A stretch of 64,000 nt of DNA. Origin: Macrostomum lignano. Taxonomy: Eukaryota. The notes beneath the pieces are model-generated. The model was not told the DNA's origin, did not search any database, and was given only the letters and a program-made list of their open reading frames with translations. Of the stretch, positions 17,051-30,942 are shown in pieces. Location of the stretch: contig NIVC01000150.1 of assembly GCA_002269645.1 (NCBI GenBank), positions 496,001 through 560,000 of the forward strand. The letters run 5' to 3'. How positions within the stretch are numbered: the stretch's first letter is position 1; each line of letters begins with the position of its first letter. Both the position numbers and the translations under genes were made by a program.

Positions 17051-17550
17051 TGGACACCCTGGGCGCCAGAGACACCCTGGGCGCCAGAGACACCCTGGGT
17101 GCCACAGACACCCTGGGCGCCAGAGACACCCTGGGCGCCACAGACACCCTGGGCGCCAGAGACACCCTGAGCGCCAGAGACACCCTGGGCGCCAGAGACA
17201 CCCTGGGCGCCAGAGACACCCGACACCCTGAGCGCCAGAAACACCCTGGGCGCCAAAGACACCCTGGGCGCCAGAGACACACTGGGCGAAAAGGACACTG
17301 AGGGCGCCAAGGACACTGATGGCGCCCGAGACACTGAGTGCGCCAAGGACACTGAGGGCGCCAAGGACACTGATGGCGCCCAAGACACTGAGGGCGCCAA
17401 GGACACTGATGGCGCCCAAGACACTGAGGGCGCCAAGGAAACTGATGGCGCCCAAGACACTGATGGCGCCCAAGACACTGATGGCGACAAGAGACACCCT
17501 GGGCGCCAGAGACACCCTGGGCGCCAGAGACACCCTGGGCGCCACAGACA
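17051..17550. repeat. 18-bp GGCGCC minisatellite, compound of GACACCCTGGGCGCCAGA and GACACTGATGGCGCCAAG
   Basis: Direct reading. Confidence 0.95.
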
Positions 17551-18139
17551 CCGGAGGCCGGAGCGCCAGATGCTGGCCTTACCAAAAGCCCAACATTCCG
17601 TGTTGTCCCACAAGATTATCCAGTTGCCACCCCGAAACATACCTTAGCAATGCACCACCTTCGCAAAGCATCCCATAGCAAATCCCCCCCAAATGAAGAT
17701 AATCTTTGATCTTCCCAAATTAAACATTTCCCGCTCTCCCCAATAAATTTGGCTCGCAGAGAACAGTTAAGAATCTCGGCCTAAGCAACAACAAAGGCTC
17801 CCAAAAAACCCTTCTCGACCCCTCTTTAACCGAAGCAGTTGAGCTCTGCAAACAAGTGTAGCTATTTAAAATTGTGAGCAGCCTAGTAAGCCCCTGAGGG
17901 TGGGAATAGTGAGTGAGCTTTGCTTCGGGTTAAAGAGGAGCGACCGCTCAACTCAACCATCGCATAGAGACAGTCGCTCACGAAGTAACGATGGAGAAAA
18001 CACATGTCGAAGTTTTTTGCTTTGTCTACTAAAACAGGCAATTTGTCACCTTTGCCTCGGTCAAGGACATCTAGAACTAAACGATCTGGAGTGGAAACCC
18101 ATTTTTATCCATTTTCTGGTCAGTTGTCACTGCATTTCT

Positions 18140-19345
18140 CCGTGTCAGTCTGTGTCTGCCTCCGTCTCTGTCTGTCTGCCTCTCTCTGTGTCTGCCTGTA
18201 TCTGTCTGTGTCTGTCTGTGTCTGTCTGTGTCTGCCTGTGTCTGCCTGTGTCTGTCTGTGTCTGCCTGTGTCTGTGTCTGCCTGTGTCTGCCTGTGTCTG
18301 CCTGTGTCTGTCTGTGTCTGTCTGTGTCTGTCTGTGTCTGCCTGTGTCTGCCTGTGTCTGCCTGTGTCTGCCTGTGTCTGTCTATGTCTGTCTGTGTCTG
18401 CCTGTGTCTGCCTGTGTCTGCCTGTGTCTGCCTGTATCTGTCTGTGTCTGTCTGTGTCTGTCTGTGTCTGCCTGTGTCTGCCTGTGTCTGTCTGTGTCTG
18501 CCTGTGTCTGTGTCTGCCTGTGTCTGCCTGTGTCTGCCTGTGTCTGTCTGTGTCTGTCTGTGTCTGTCTGTGTCTGCCTGTGTCTGCCTGTGTCTGCCTG
18601 TGTCTGCCTGTGTCTGCCTGTATCTGTCTGTGTCTGTCTGTGTCTGTCTGTGTCTGCCTGTGTCTGCCTGTGTCTGTCTGTGTCTGCCTGTGTCTGTGTC
18701 TGCCTGTGTCTGCCTGTGTCTGCCTGTGTCTGTCTGTGTCTGTCTGTGTCTGTCTGTGTCTGCCTGTGTCTGCCTGTGTCTGCCTGTGTCTGCCTGTGTC
18801 TGTCTGTGTCTGTCTGTGTCTGTCTGTGTCTGTCTGTGTCTGTCTATGTCTGTCTGTGTCTGTCTGTGCCTGTCTGTGTCTGTCTGTGTCTGTGTCTGCC
18901 TGTATCTGTCTGTGTCTGTCTGTGTCTGTCTGTGTCTGTCTGTGTCTGTCTGTGTCTGTCTGTGTCTGTCTGTGCCTGTCTGTGTCTGTCTGTGTCTGTG
19001 TCTGCCTGTATCTGTCTGTGTCTGTCTGTGTCTGTCTGTGTCTGTCTGTGTCTGTCTGTGTCTGTCTGTGTCTGTCTGTGTCTGCCTGTGTCTGTCTGTG
19101 TCTGCCTGTGTCTGCCTGTGTCTGCCTGTGTCTGCCTGTGTCTGTCTGTGCCTGTCTGTGTCTGTCTGTGTCTGTGTCTGCCTGTATCTGTCTGTGTCTG
19201 TCTGTGTCTGTCTGTGTCTGTCTGTGTCTGTCTGTGTCTGTCTGTGTCTGTCTGTGTCTGCCTGTGTCTGTCTGTGTCTGCCTGTGTCTGCCTGTGTCTG
19301 CCTGTGTCTGCCTGTGTCTGCCTGTGTCTGCCTGTTTCTGTCTGT
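18140..19345. repeat. 10-bp (TGTCTGTCTG/TGTCTGCCTG)n satellite
   Basis: Direct reading. Confidence 0.96.
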
Positions 19346-19984
19346 GTCTCTCAGTGTCCCTCGATTTTATTTATACGCTGAACCCCAAATAATAGTTTAT
19401 AATTCAGCTTCTCAACGCTTCCATGGTTTGTTATGCCGATGCAACAGTGAAAAGCCGCAGCCACACAGACAGCCGCAGTAACCCGGAACTACCGATTCAA
19501 CATCAACCTCTGATTTCCGGCAAAACCACCGGCCCTGATTCCCCACGCCACTGCAAATCCCAACTCGCTACCGCCCCCAGGGCTAAGGGAGTTTGGCGTG
19601 CCCTTCGATCATGTTCAACACTTCAATTTTCAGTCGTAGTCTCGTTTATTCAAAGAATTTTAGCCGCCTCAGCTTCCACTTTGCCTCATCTTTTTGTTGT
19701 GAATGTTTTAATTGCTGCAGAATTTGGTTAATAGAATGGGGAATCTCATTAAAGAGGGAGTTTCCGAGCAAAGCAAGCGGGTTTTCAGACACAAAGGTTT
19801 CTCTGTGACAAAAAACTCAGTTGAGATTGGTTTGTGGTGACAAAAACATTCAATCAAGTCTCACTGATGATGGAGACCGGGACGCCTCGAGGGGTGTTTG
19901 ATAGGAGGTGAGCTCGAGAGGCGATGGCAACAGCTAGGGGGAGGTGCGGACTCGCAATAGGCGTTACAGACATCAGAAGAGCGC

Positions 19985-21175
19985 CAGAGGCACTGAGAGC
20001 ACCGAGGTCACTGAGGGCGCCAAGGACACTGAAGGTGCCAAGGGCCTTGGGAGCGCCAAGGACACTGAAAGTGCCAAGGGCCTTGGGAGCGCCAAGGACA
20101 CTGAAAGTGCCAAGGGCCTTAGGAGCGCCAAAGACATTGGAAGCACCAAGGACACTGATGGCGCCAAGGACACTGATGGCGCCAAGGACACTGATGGCGC
20201 CCAAGACACTGATGGCGCCCAAGACACTGATGGCGCCAAGGACACTGATGGCGCCCAAGACACTGATGGCGCCAAGGACACTGATGGCGCCAAGGACACT
20301 GATGGCGCCAAGGACACTGATGGCGCCAAGGACACTGATGGCGCCAAGGACACTGATGGCGCCAAGGACACTGATGGCGCCCAAGACACTGATGGCGCCA
20401 AGGACACTGATGGCGCCAAGGACACTGATGGCGCCAAGGACACTGATGGCGCCAAGGACACTGATGGCGCCAAGGACACTGATGGCGCCAAGGACACTGA
20501 GGGCGCCAAGAACACTGATGGCGCCAAGGACACTGATGGCGCCAAGGACACTGAGAGCGCCAAGGACACTGAGAGCGCCAAGGACACTGATGGCGCCAAG
20601 GACACTGATGCCGCCGAGGACACTGATGGCGCCAAGGACACTGAGAGCGCCAAGGACACTGAGAGCGCCAAGGACACTGATGGCGCCAAGGACACTGAGA
20701 GCGCCAAGGACACTGATGGCGCCAAGGACACTGATGCCACCAAGGACACTGATGGCGCCAAGGACACTGAGGGCACCAAGGACACTGATGGCGCCCAAGA
20801 CACTGATGGCGACAAGAGACACCCTGAGCGCCAGAGACACCCTGAGCGCCAGAGACACCCTGGGCGCCAGAGACACCCTGGGCGCCAGAGACACCCTGGG
20901 CGCCAGAGACACCCTGGGCGCCAGAGACACCCTGGGCGCCAGAGACACCCTGGGCGCCAGAGACACCCTGGGCGCCAGAGACACCCTGGGCGCCAGAGAC
21001 ACCCTGGGCGCCAGAGACACCCTGGGCGCCAGAGACACCCTGGGCGCCAGAGACACCCTGGGCGCCAGAGACACCCTGGGCGCCAGAGACACCCTGGGCG
21101 CCAGAGACACCCTGGGCGCCAGAGACACCCTGGGCGCCAGAGGCACCCTGGGCGCCAGAGACACCCTGGGCGCCA
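19985..21175. repeat. Second 18-bp GGCGCC compound minisatellite
   Basis: Same two unit types as at 17051-17550. Confidence 0.96.
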
Positions 21176-22049
21176 GCGACGCTTAGAACAGGTCTGTCAG
21201 AAAACCCGAGATTATCGAAGCCTTGAGAAGGTCTTCTCCAAAAAAACTCAGCCCTATCAGCTCAGATAAAAAGCATCCAGCTATCAGAAGCAGTTTATCA
21301 GCCTGATCTCAGATGGAGGGCGACAGCGCTATTAGAGTGTATCGAGGTGCATTAGCTTCATCACTGATTAGAGTTGAGCTGTGAGATCAGCTCACCTGGC
21401 GCACCAACCAGCAATCGCATGCAACTCTTTCCAACCTAATCAGCCTCAGAGTTCGCGTGGAGTCACTTCAGGGATTTCGGCTCCCCAGACTGCGCGTCCC
21501 ACCGCCGACAAGAGCAGCGATGGCCTTGTTCAACAATGACTGATACAGCGGCTAGCGGAGTCCCCGGTCTGTGCGTGAGTTGAGCGCCGCGATCAATGTT
21601 TTCCTAATTGAATAAAACTGCACACACACTCAGGTGGACTGCAATCTCATCTTTTCTCTACTTGTTTCTCCAGGCTTCACCGTCATTGTAGTTTCAGGAG
21701 GCTGCCGGTCCACTCGGGATGAGGCTGAGAGTCTGGAATAGATGGCACTTACGTAAGGCAGCTGGCTGCAGCTGTCACTTTCGGAACAGGCGGCTGCTGA
21801 GCTCCCCTGCCCAGCTACCCTGGGAAGTCGGACACGTGTTGGTGGTTAGTTTATGGTCGGGAATCCCAGCTGAGGAGGGACCGAGTTTTGAGGGCCTCCT
21901 GCCCGATGGCTGAAAAATAACGCGCTTATGAGGATGAGATGGCGGGAGAATAACTAAGAGGTGGGCAGGCTCAGCGATTGAGGTTGCATAAAACTGTTTG
22001 AAATGGGATTAATGATAATTACGGATTGAAGGAGACGAATATAGATGCA

Positions 22050-22465
22050 TGAGACAGACAAAGACGGATAGAGAAGGATAGAGACGCATAGAGACGCATA
22101 GAGACGCATAGAGACGAATAGAAACGAATAGTAACAGATAGGGACGGATAGAGACGAATAGAGACGGATATAGACGGATATAGTCGAACAGAGACAGAAA
22201 GAGACGAATAGAGAAGGATAGAGACGGATAGGGAAGGATAGAAACGGATAGAGAAGGATAGGGGCGGATAGGAAAGGATAGAAACGGATAGAGAAGGATA
22301 GGGACGGAAGGATAGGGACGGATAGGGACGGATAGAGAAGGACAGAAACGGATAGAGAAGGATAGGGACGGAAGGATAGGGACGGATAGGGACGGATAGA
22401 GAAGGACAGAAACGGATAGAGAAGGATAGGGACGGAAGGATAGTGACGGATATAGACGGGTAGAA
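22050..22465. repeat. Degenerate purine-rich ~10-bp (GACGGATAGA)n
   Basis: Direct reading. Confidence 0.85.
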
Positions 22466-23018
22466 ACTGACAGTCAGTCCATAGGGCACAACAGCCAGTT
22501 GAAGACCAGACGGTCAGTCAGACAGAAGCTGCTTTAAGCCATGACAGGTGGCGGGCCCATTGTAAGCACCCCCTTTGCTCTCAGTCTCAATTCTATAATT
22601 TAGAAAAATCTTCAATCTCAGGACCATCGGGTATCCGATGTCCGAGCAGGGGGTGTTTGAACAAAAAGTCAAACAATGAAAGTCTGTCAGTCCAGCCCCA
22701 AGCCAGATAAATGGATGGCATTGCCGACCTCTTCATAGGGAAGAATTTTTTCACAATTCCAAACAATAATTTGAGACTACAGTCCAGCAGGTGAGCCTAT
22801 TTGGAGTCTGAAACATAGCAGATGAGCGCACCCTGTTTTGTCATTCGATAATAAATTTTGGTTTGGAACACCTGATCCTATTGTGAAATATTCTAATAAT
22901 TGACGGGGTCATAAATTCATTTGTGGAACAAAATATTCAATTGTTTTCATGGACAGTTATAAAAATTTATATTTATGAATTAGAAGCCGAAACACCACGG
23001 AGTCGCTCGATTTTCTGA

Positions 23019-23522
<504 letters not shown>

Positions 23523-24351
23523 CGGCAAGTCACTCTCCGGCACCTCTCTCGCCCAGCCAGGAGAGCCCAGCTGGCTGCCATAGACAGGACCCGGCAAACA
23601 GCTCCGCAGATGTTGCTGCCACCCCAGCACTGCGCAACCGTTATGGCTGATAAGGAATCTTCTAAATCTTAAAATATCCCATTTTTAAAAGCCTGCTCAA
23701 AATTCCAATTGTTTCCTCAATTGCTTTTTCCATCTCTATAGTACTAGAATCAAGAGCAACCCCTTATTGGGCCCCAGATTTTGAGCCCGGAGACGGGGCA
23801 GGCCCGTGGCCAAGCAGCCCACTGAAAGAGATTTCGATCTCGCGGGCACTGAGGTGGCACTCCTCCGACCTCTGACATCTGTCTGTTTGGAGCCAGCAGT
23901 GTGCTATATCATTCCATCTTACCTCGGTAATGCATTATTGTCACTGCGGTCAAAGTTAATCAGGCAGTAGTTTGCCAGATAATACTGTGCATGAACAGGG
24001 AGAGGGTGTTGGTGAGGCTGTCCGCCAGAACGAGTTTATTGGAGAGAAATCTTTCAGCAGATGGGAGGGACCGCCCGCTGCGTCCCGACTCTAAAACAAT
24101 TACAACAAGTGGAATATTTCAAGACTCTTCAGAAGGCTCACTCGCTTCCCTTTGAGCGCGCACAATTCTTCCTAATAGCCTGCTCGATCTCAGGACGCAA
24201 ATGGGATGGGAGGGGGAATTCACGGCTATTAGCTCATGGGATCTCGGCAGGTTGGCTTTCACGGCGAATATTGGGATGCAGTAACTGCGATGACGCTGCT
24301 CGAACCAGATTGGGAAGAGTTTGTTTGCGATGCTTTACTGCTTCTTGCACA

Positions 24352-25330
24352 GCTCTGTGTCACTCTCTGTGTCACTCTCTGTGTCACTCTCTGTGTCATT
24401 CTATGAGACACTCTCTGTGTCACTCTCTGTGTTACTCTCTGAGTCACTCTGTATCACTCTGTGTCACTCTCTGTGTCACACTCTGTGTCACTCTCTGTGT
24501 CACTCTCTGTGTCACTCTCTGTGTCATTCTATGAGACACTCGCTGTGTCACTCTCTGTGTTACTCTCTGAGTCACTCTGTATCACTCTGTGTCACTCTCT
24601 GTGTCACACTCTGTGTCACTCTCTGTGTCACTCTCTGTGTCACTCTCTGTGTCATTCTATGAGACACTCGCTGTGTCACTCTCTGTGTTACTCTCTGAGT
24701 CACTCTGTATCACTCTGTGTCACTCTCTGTGTCACACTCTGTGTCACTCTCTATGTCACTCTGTATCACTCTGTGCACTCTGTGTCACTCTTTGTCACTC
24801 TGTGTCACTCTGTGTCACTCTGTGTCACTCTGTGTCACTCTTTGTCACTCTGTGTCACTCTTTGTCACTCTTTGTCACTCTGTGTCACTCTGTGTCACTC
24901 TGTGTCACTCTTTGTCACTCTGTGTCACTCTGTGTCACTCTTTGTCACTCTGTGTCACTCTGTATCACTCTGTGTTACTCTGTGTCACTCTTTGTCACTC
25001 TGTGTCACTCTGTGTCACTCTGTGTCACTCTTTGTCACTCTGTGTCACTCTGTATCACTCTGTGTCACTCTGTGTCACTCTTTGTCACTCTGTGTCACTC
25101 TGTGTCACTCTTTGTCACTCTGTGTCACTCTGTGTTACTCTGTGTCACTCTGTGTCACTCTTTGTCACTCTGTGTCTCTCTGTGTCACTCTTTGTCACTC
25201 TGTGTCTCTCTGTGTCACTCTTTGTCACTCTGTGTCACTCTGTGTCACTCTGTGTCACTCTGTGTCACTCTGTGTCACTCTGTGTCACTCTTTGTCACTC
25301 TGTGTCACTCTGTATCACTGTGTCACTCTG
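24352..25330. repeat. 10/12-bp (TGTCACTCTG)n satellite with a 128-bp higher-order repeat x3
   Basis: Marker GTGTCATTCTATGAGACAC at 24393, 24521 and 24649. Confidence 0.95.
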
Positions 25331-25986
25331 TGTCGTACAGCGCCTCTATACCCAATCTTCTCAGCCTAAGGGAAATTTCTATAAAAATCCCAAATCCAAC
25401 ACCATTTACAGCCATTCATTTGTCAGAGCAGTTTTTATTCTAGGAATTTTTTTTTTCAGTTGCTATCCCAACGTCAATTCCTTAGCCAGGTGTCAACAAT
25501 GCCAGGAGATCATGCTCAACATTTGATGCTTACCGTCTGTCCATCTGTCTGTTTTGCAATCGGCACTCAATAAAGTTTATGACCAAAACATGGCGCCCCC
25601 CTGACCCCCCCCCCATGCCGCTGGCCAAAAGCCAGCTGTGAGCCTCAAACTTAAAAAATCTAAGAAAAAAATGCCTCTTGATCTCCACGCGAAAGTGGAG
25701 CTGCATCCTGTGTCCATCCACGCGCCAGTCTCCAAGCGAACCTGATCCCCTAAGGCAGGTGTTGCAGTGCATGCAATTGTTAGTTTTTTATTGACAGTCG
25801 CAAACTCGTGACCCACCATCAACTCGGATATCGCAACTGGAGACTTAAGGCAGCTTTTGTATCAAAATATGGGATACAAAAATTATGAAATAAGCAGACA
25901 GAAGCCCCATCAAGAGGGAAACAGAGTATAGAAAAATTATAGCAACTGGATGCGTAGATACAGAAATGCTTGTGATGGAGTTAATA

Positions 25987-26510
25987 CACTGAGACAGGCA
26001 CTGAGACAGGCACTGAGACAGACACTGAGACGGACACTGGGACAGACACTGGGACAGACACTGGGACAAACACTGGGACAGACACTGGGACAGACACTGG
26101 GACAGACACTGAGACAGACACTGGGACAGACACTGGGACAGACACTGGGACAGACACTGGGACAGACACTGGGACAGACACTGGGACAGACACTGAGACA
26201 GACACTGGGACAGACACTGGGACAGACACTGGGACAGACACTGGGACAGACACTGGGACAGACACTGGGACAGACACTGAGACAGACACTGAGACAGACA
26301 CTGGGACAGACACTGGGACAGACACTGGGACAGACACTGGGACAGACACTGGGACAGACACTGGGACAGACACTGGGACAGACACTGAGACAGACACTGG
26401 GACAGACACTGGGACAGACACTGGGACAGACACTGGGACAGACACTGGGACAGACACTGGGACAAACACTGGGACAGACACCTGGGACAGACACTGGGAC
26501 AGGCACACTG
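25987..26510. repeat. 12-bp (GACAGACACTGG/GA)n minisatellite
   Basis: Reverse complement of the unit at 49215-49740. Confidence 0.96.
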
Positions 26511-26857
26511 ACAGGCAGACACGCAGAAGTGCAGTCCCGCAGCAACAAACTGATGCACGGGTGCCCGGCAGAGACAGTTGGACACGCATAAGGATCGATG
26601 AGATCTCCAAGTGGATCAGCCCACCCGCAAAAACTTTGGTCCGGGGACTGTGAATCCTGAGCAAGGTTTCGCTCAAGAGCCTTTACCAGGTGCTTCTGGA
26701 CCCTTCGCCGAATCTCAACATTCCCATCAGGTATTTGGGCCCGATTTAAGGCTGCTAAAGTAATTAGAAGGAGGAAGAGGAGACTGGATGGACGAAGACT
26801 CAGCTCGGATCTCCCAAAAATCGCCAAGGCACTGCAGGGTGAACTCGAGCATGCAGA

Positions 26858-26897
<40 letters not shown>

Positions 26898-27939
26898 TGT
26901 GTGTGTGAGTTCCCGCTCCCTCGCCTTCATCAGGTAGCCCCTGCTCTCCCCACCTCCCCACTCCAGTGATTAGCGCAATAGCCCAGAAATCATGAGCGAG
27001 TTTCCCTCCCCATCGGCTCGAGCTTAAAACGCTCGCTGCGTCCTCAGCCGGTGGCGGGTGTTGGAGCCCGGGGATGCTGGGCCGAGGGAACCTGTTAGCG
27101 GCCAGATGGAGCCAATTTTCCACGGAACCTGGGAGCACAGAATCCCCCCTTTTGCTCTTTCCTCTCTCTGATCTTCGAGTCTGACTTCCAAATTTAGCCA
27201 TACCGGCTTTGAGCTCTTGAGGCAGTGAAGGAGAGAAACAGGATAAAAATTAAAGATAATTATCAATGGGAGATTCCATCGACCCCCCATCAAACTCTAC
27301 TATGCTCCCATCTACTCCAAAACTGCATGCGCCCGCTTTATCATAATCAAAGTCGCGAGCACTTGAAGCTCTCTAATTTCTTGGCGAAAAGATTCCACAC
27401 GGTCTCCTTGAAGCAGCCGCCCCGCTGGGACAAACTTTTTTTAACCGGGTCAGGTTCGCCATCTGCCCCAGCCTCATCAACTCAGTTCGGCGCGGCCCAG
27501 CCTCCCAGTTAGCGGCCGATGACCATGCAGAAGAAGAGACAAGGGAAAAAACCGGGACCAGACCAAAGAAAGGTGTTTAAAAATCAGTTCGAAAGCTTTT
27601 GTGACGGACGCGGCGTCGCACGCGAGCCCAGGACCTCCTCCCGAGCTGGCCATCAAAAGCCGCACGAAGAGCAGCTTCATCAAACCGCGCTGGCCAGTCC
27701 AGCCTCCCCCCGTTGGACTCGCGGCGGCGAGGACCGCCTGCTGAGACTTGATGAGACGAGTCTGGAAGTCTATAATGATGATTCGAGTTTGGGGCGAGCG
27801 ATGGGGTCGAATAGTTGGGGGCTGCCTGCCGCGGCTGGTGGCAGACTGGCATGGCACGGCTGGTGAGTGAGTGAGTGAGCTCACGAGTCACTTAATGATT
27901 GGGCTTATTAGTCAGCTTTTGAATCAGAGTGAGTTGGTG

Positions 27940-29810
27940 AGTGAGTTTAAGGGTGAGTTTATAATTGGGTTTATGAGTGAGTTTATAAATGGGTCTATGA
28001 GTGAGTTTATAATAGGGTTTATGAGTGAGTTTATAAATGGGTTTATGAGTGAGTTTATAATGGGGTTAAGAGTGTGTTTATAATGGAGTTAAGAGTGTGT
28101 TTATAATGGGGTTAAGAGTGTGTTTATAATGGAGTTAAGAGTGTGTTTATAATGGAGTTAAGAGTGTGTTTATAATGGGGTTAAGAGTGTGTTTATAATG
28201 GAGTTAAGAGTGTGTTTATAATGGGGTTAAGAGTGTGTTTATAATGGAGTTAAGAGTGTGTTTATAATGGAGTTAAGAGTGTGTTTATAATGGGGTTAAG
28301 AGTGTGTTTATAATGGAGTTAAGAGTGTGTTTATAATGTGGTTTATGAGTGAGTTCATGAGTGACTTTATTAATGAGTTTATGATCTTATGTTCATGAGT
28401 TTATTTAGAAAGTGAGTTTATTAGTGAGAGAGTGAACTGAGATTGATTAGTAATTCTAGTTAATGAGTTTAATATGCTTACTGATAATGCGATATTCAAC
28501 TCAATTATCCGATAGCAGCTCAGATCGCTAATCAGCATCTGTGGCACACTGCTTGCCGCTTTTTACCAAGACAGACGGGCCGAGTTGAACTCAGGAGAAT
28601 TACAGGCTGGGGCTCTACTCCATGATCTGCAGTCAGTGAAGCGCCAGGGACCAAGATGACCAAGTCCGGAGACAACAGTGGGGGGGGGCACGCAGCAGGA
28701 GGTCAGTTGTCCACCCACCCCACCCCCTCATCTCCGAAGCTCGAGGCGGCACCCCCTCTGATTTCGAGCCCCGGTCTGTTCCCGATTGCGCCTGACTTGA
28801 CCAGCGCCATGAAATTGGAACTTTGCATTTTGATTTTGAGTCACCCTTAAGTCCCTGTCATCAGCACCGATCGCTATCATTAGCAGGAACAGCGGGTGAG
28901 CATGGGACGGCTCGAACTCAGCATCATCCTCAATGGCCTCAGGACATCAACATCGCCCACCTGTTTAACCAGCATAAATTTTTGCTCAAGTTGCCTAAAG
29001 CCTTTATCGGGTTCTCTATTCATATTGATAGTTACTAGCATTATTTTTAATGGAATTTGCTCAATCTGCTACTGTTCAGCAGTAGTCTAAAAGAAATTAA
29101 ATGCGCATTATTTATCCTGTATAGTTAGAAAAACAGGAGTTTAATATGAGTGTGTTCATAAGTGAGTTAATGAGTGAGTTTATGAGTGAGTTCATAAGTG
29201 AGTTAATGAGTGAGTTTATGAGTGGGTTCATAAGTGGGTTAATGAGTTAGTTTATGAGTGAGTTCATGAGTGGGTTAATGAGTTAGTTTATGAGTGAGTT
29301 CATGAGTGAGTTAATGAGTTAGTTTATGAGTGAGTTCATAAGTGAGTTAATGAGTTAGTTTATGAGTGAGTTCATGAGTGAGTTAATGAGTTAGTTTATG
29401 AGTGAGTTCATGAGTGGGTTTATGAGTGAGTTCATAAGTGGGTTAATGAGTTAGTTTATGAGTGAGTTCATGAGTGGGTTTATGTGTAAGTTCATGAGTG
29501 AGTTCATGAGTGAGTTTATGAGTGAGTTCATGAGTGGGTTTATGAGTGAGTTCCTGAGTGAGTTCATGAGTGAGTTCATGAGTGAGTTCATGAGTGAGTT
29601 CATGAGTGAGTTCATGAGTGAGTTCATGAGTGAGTTTATGGGTGAGTTCATGAGTGAGTTCATGAGTGGGTTTATGAGTGAGTTCATGAGTGAGTTTATG
29701 AGTGAGTTCATGAGTGAGTTCATGAGTGAGTTTATGAGTGAGTTTATGAGTGAGTTCATGAGTGAGTTCATGAGTGAGTTCATGAGTGAGTTTATGAGTA
29801 AGTTCATGAG
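27940..29810. repeat. GAGTGAGTT-type arrays: 23-bp (GAGTGTGTTTATAATGGGGTTAA)n at ~28060-28340 and 12-bp (GAGTGAGTTCAT)n at ~29145-29810
   Basis: Direct reading; unique sequence lies between the two arrays. Confidence 0.9.
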
Positions 29811-30279
29811 AGATTATACCAGAAAGTTGATTATAATGTATTGATACATAAGACTTCATGAGAGAATGAATGCAGCACTATGAGCAGCAGTCCACGCAGA
29901 TGGAAATCCGTTACAGAGCCCTGTAGAATCGATTATTCAATTATACTTTGTTTCGCCGTACAACTTTCTACGAAAAAATAGGCCACTTCGTTTTCATTGA
30001 CAACACGTGAGAAATTGTAGCCGGGGCGCCCAGCCACTTAAGAAAAACTCAGATGAAGCTCAGAGGCGAGGCGTGTAAATTTCTGTTGCTCAGCTGGGAA
30101 GTGAAAGCCCTTCCAGGCGTTTCCGTACCTCAGTTTCTGCTTTCAAAAAGAAACTGTCTGCTGAGGGGAAATTGCGGCGCATATGACGAATTTGATTGAC
30201 AGGTAGAAAACATCTAAAAACATCCACTGTGAAGAAGCTGCCTGTCTGCTCCTGCTCGCCCCCTTCTTAGTAACTAATC

Positions 30280-30411
<132 letters not shown>

Positions 30412-30428
30412 GACTAACTAACTAACTG

Positions 30429-30543
<115 letters not shown>

Positions 30544-30544
30544 G

Positions 30545-30703
<159 letters not shown>

Positions 30704-30942
30704 GTTGGGTGTGGCCATAGACGACTCCGTCGCACACACACCCAGCCATAAGCTAAAGAAGCGATGCTTCAAGCTTGGAAAATAAAAAAGAACGTTACGA
30801 ACATGAAATAAGACGCTCTGCTAAGAGTGCAACTTTTAAGTTGACCTTGTTGATCTTGACTCACTGTCTTCCGCTAGAGAAGAAGTCATAACAGTGGCGT
30901 CGCAAGCAATCGTAACCTGACGGTCAGACTTTCAAGCTCATA

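Noticed and set aside
19854-21269. 420-441 aa ORFs (AKDTDG)n, (APRTLM)n and (PGRQRH)n that look like repetitive structural proteins
   Set aside because: Open in almost all frames on both strands, as expected for an 18-bp unit without stops; no signal peptide or flanking domain.
30895-30912. Assigning the Gypsy PBS to a specific tRNA
   Set aside because: It starts with TGG in the right position, but I cannot match the remainder to a host tRNA without a database.
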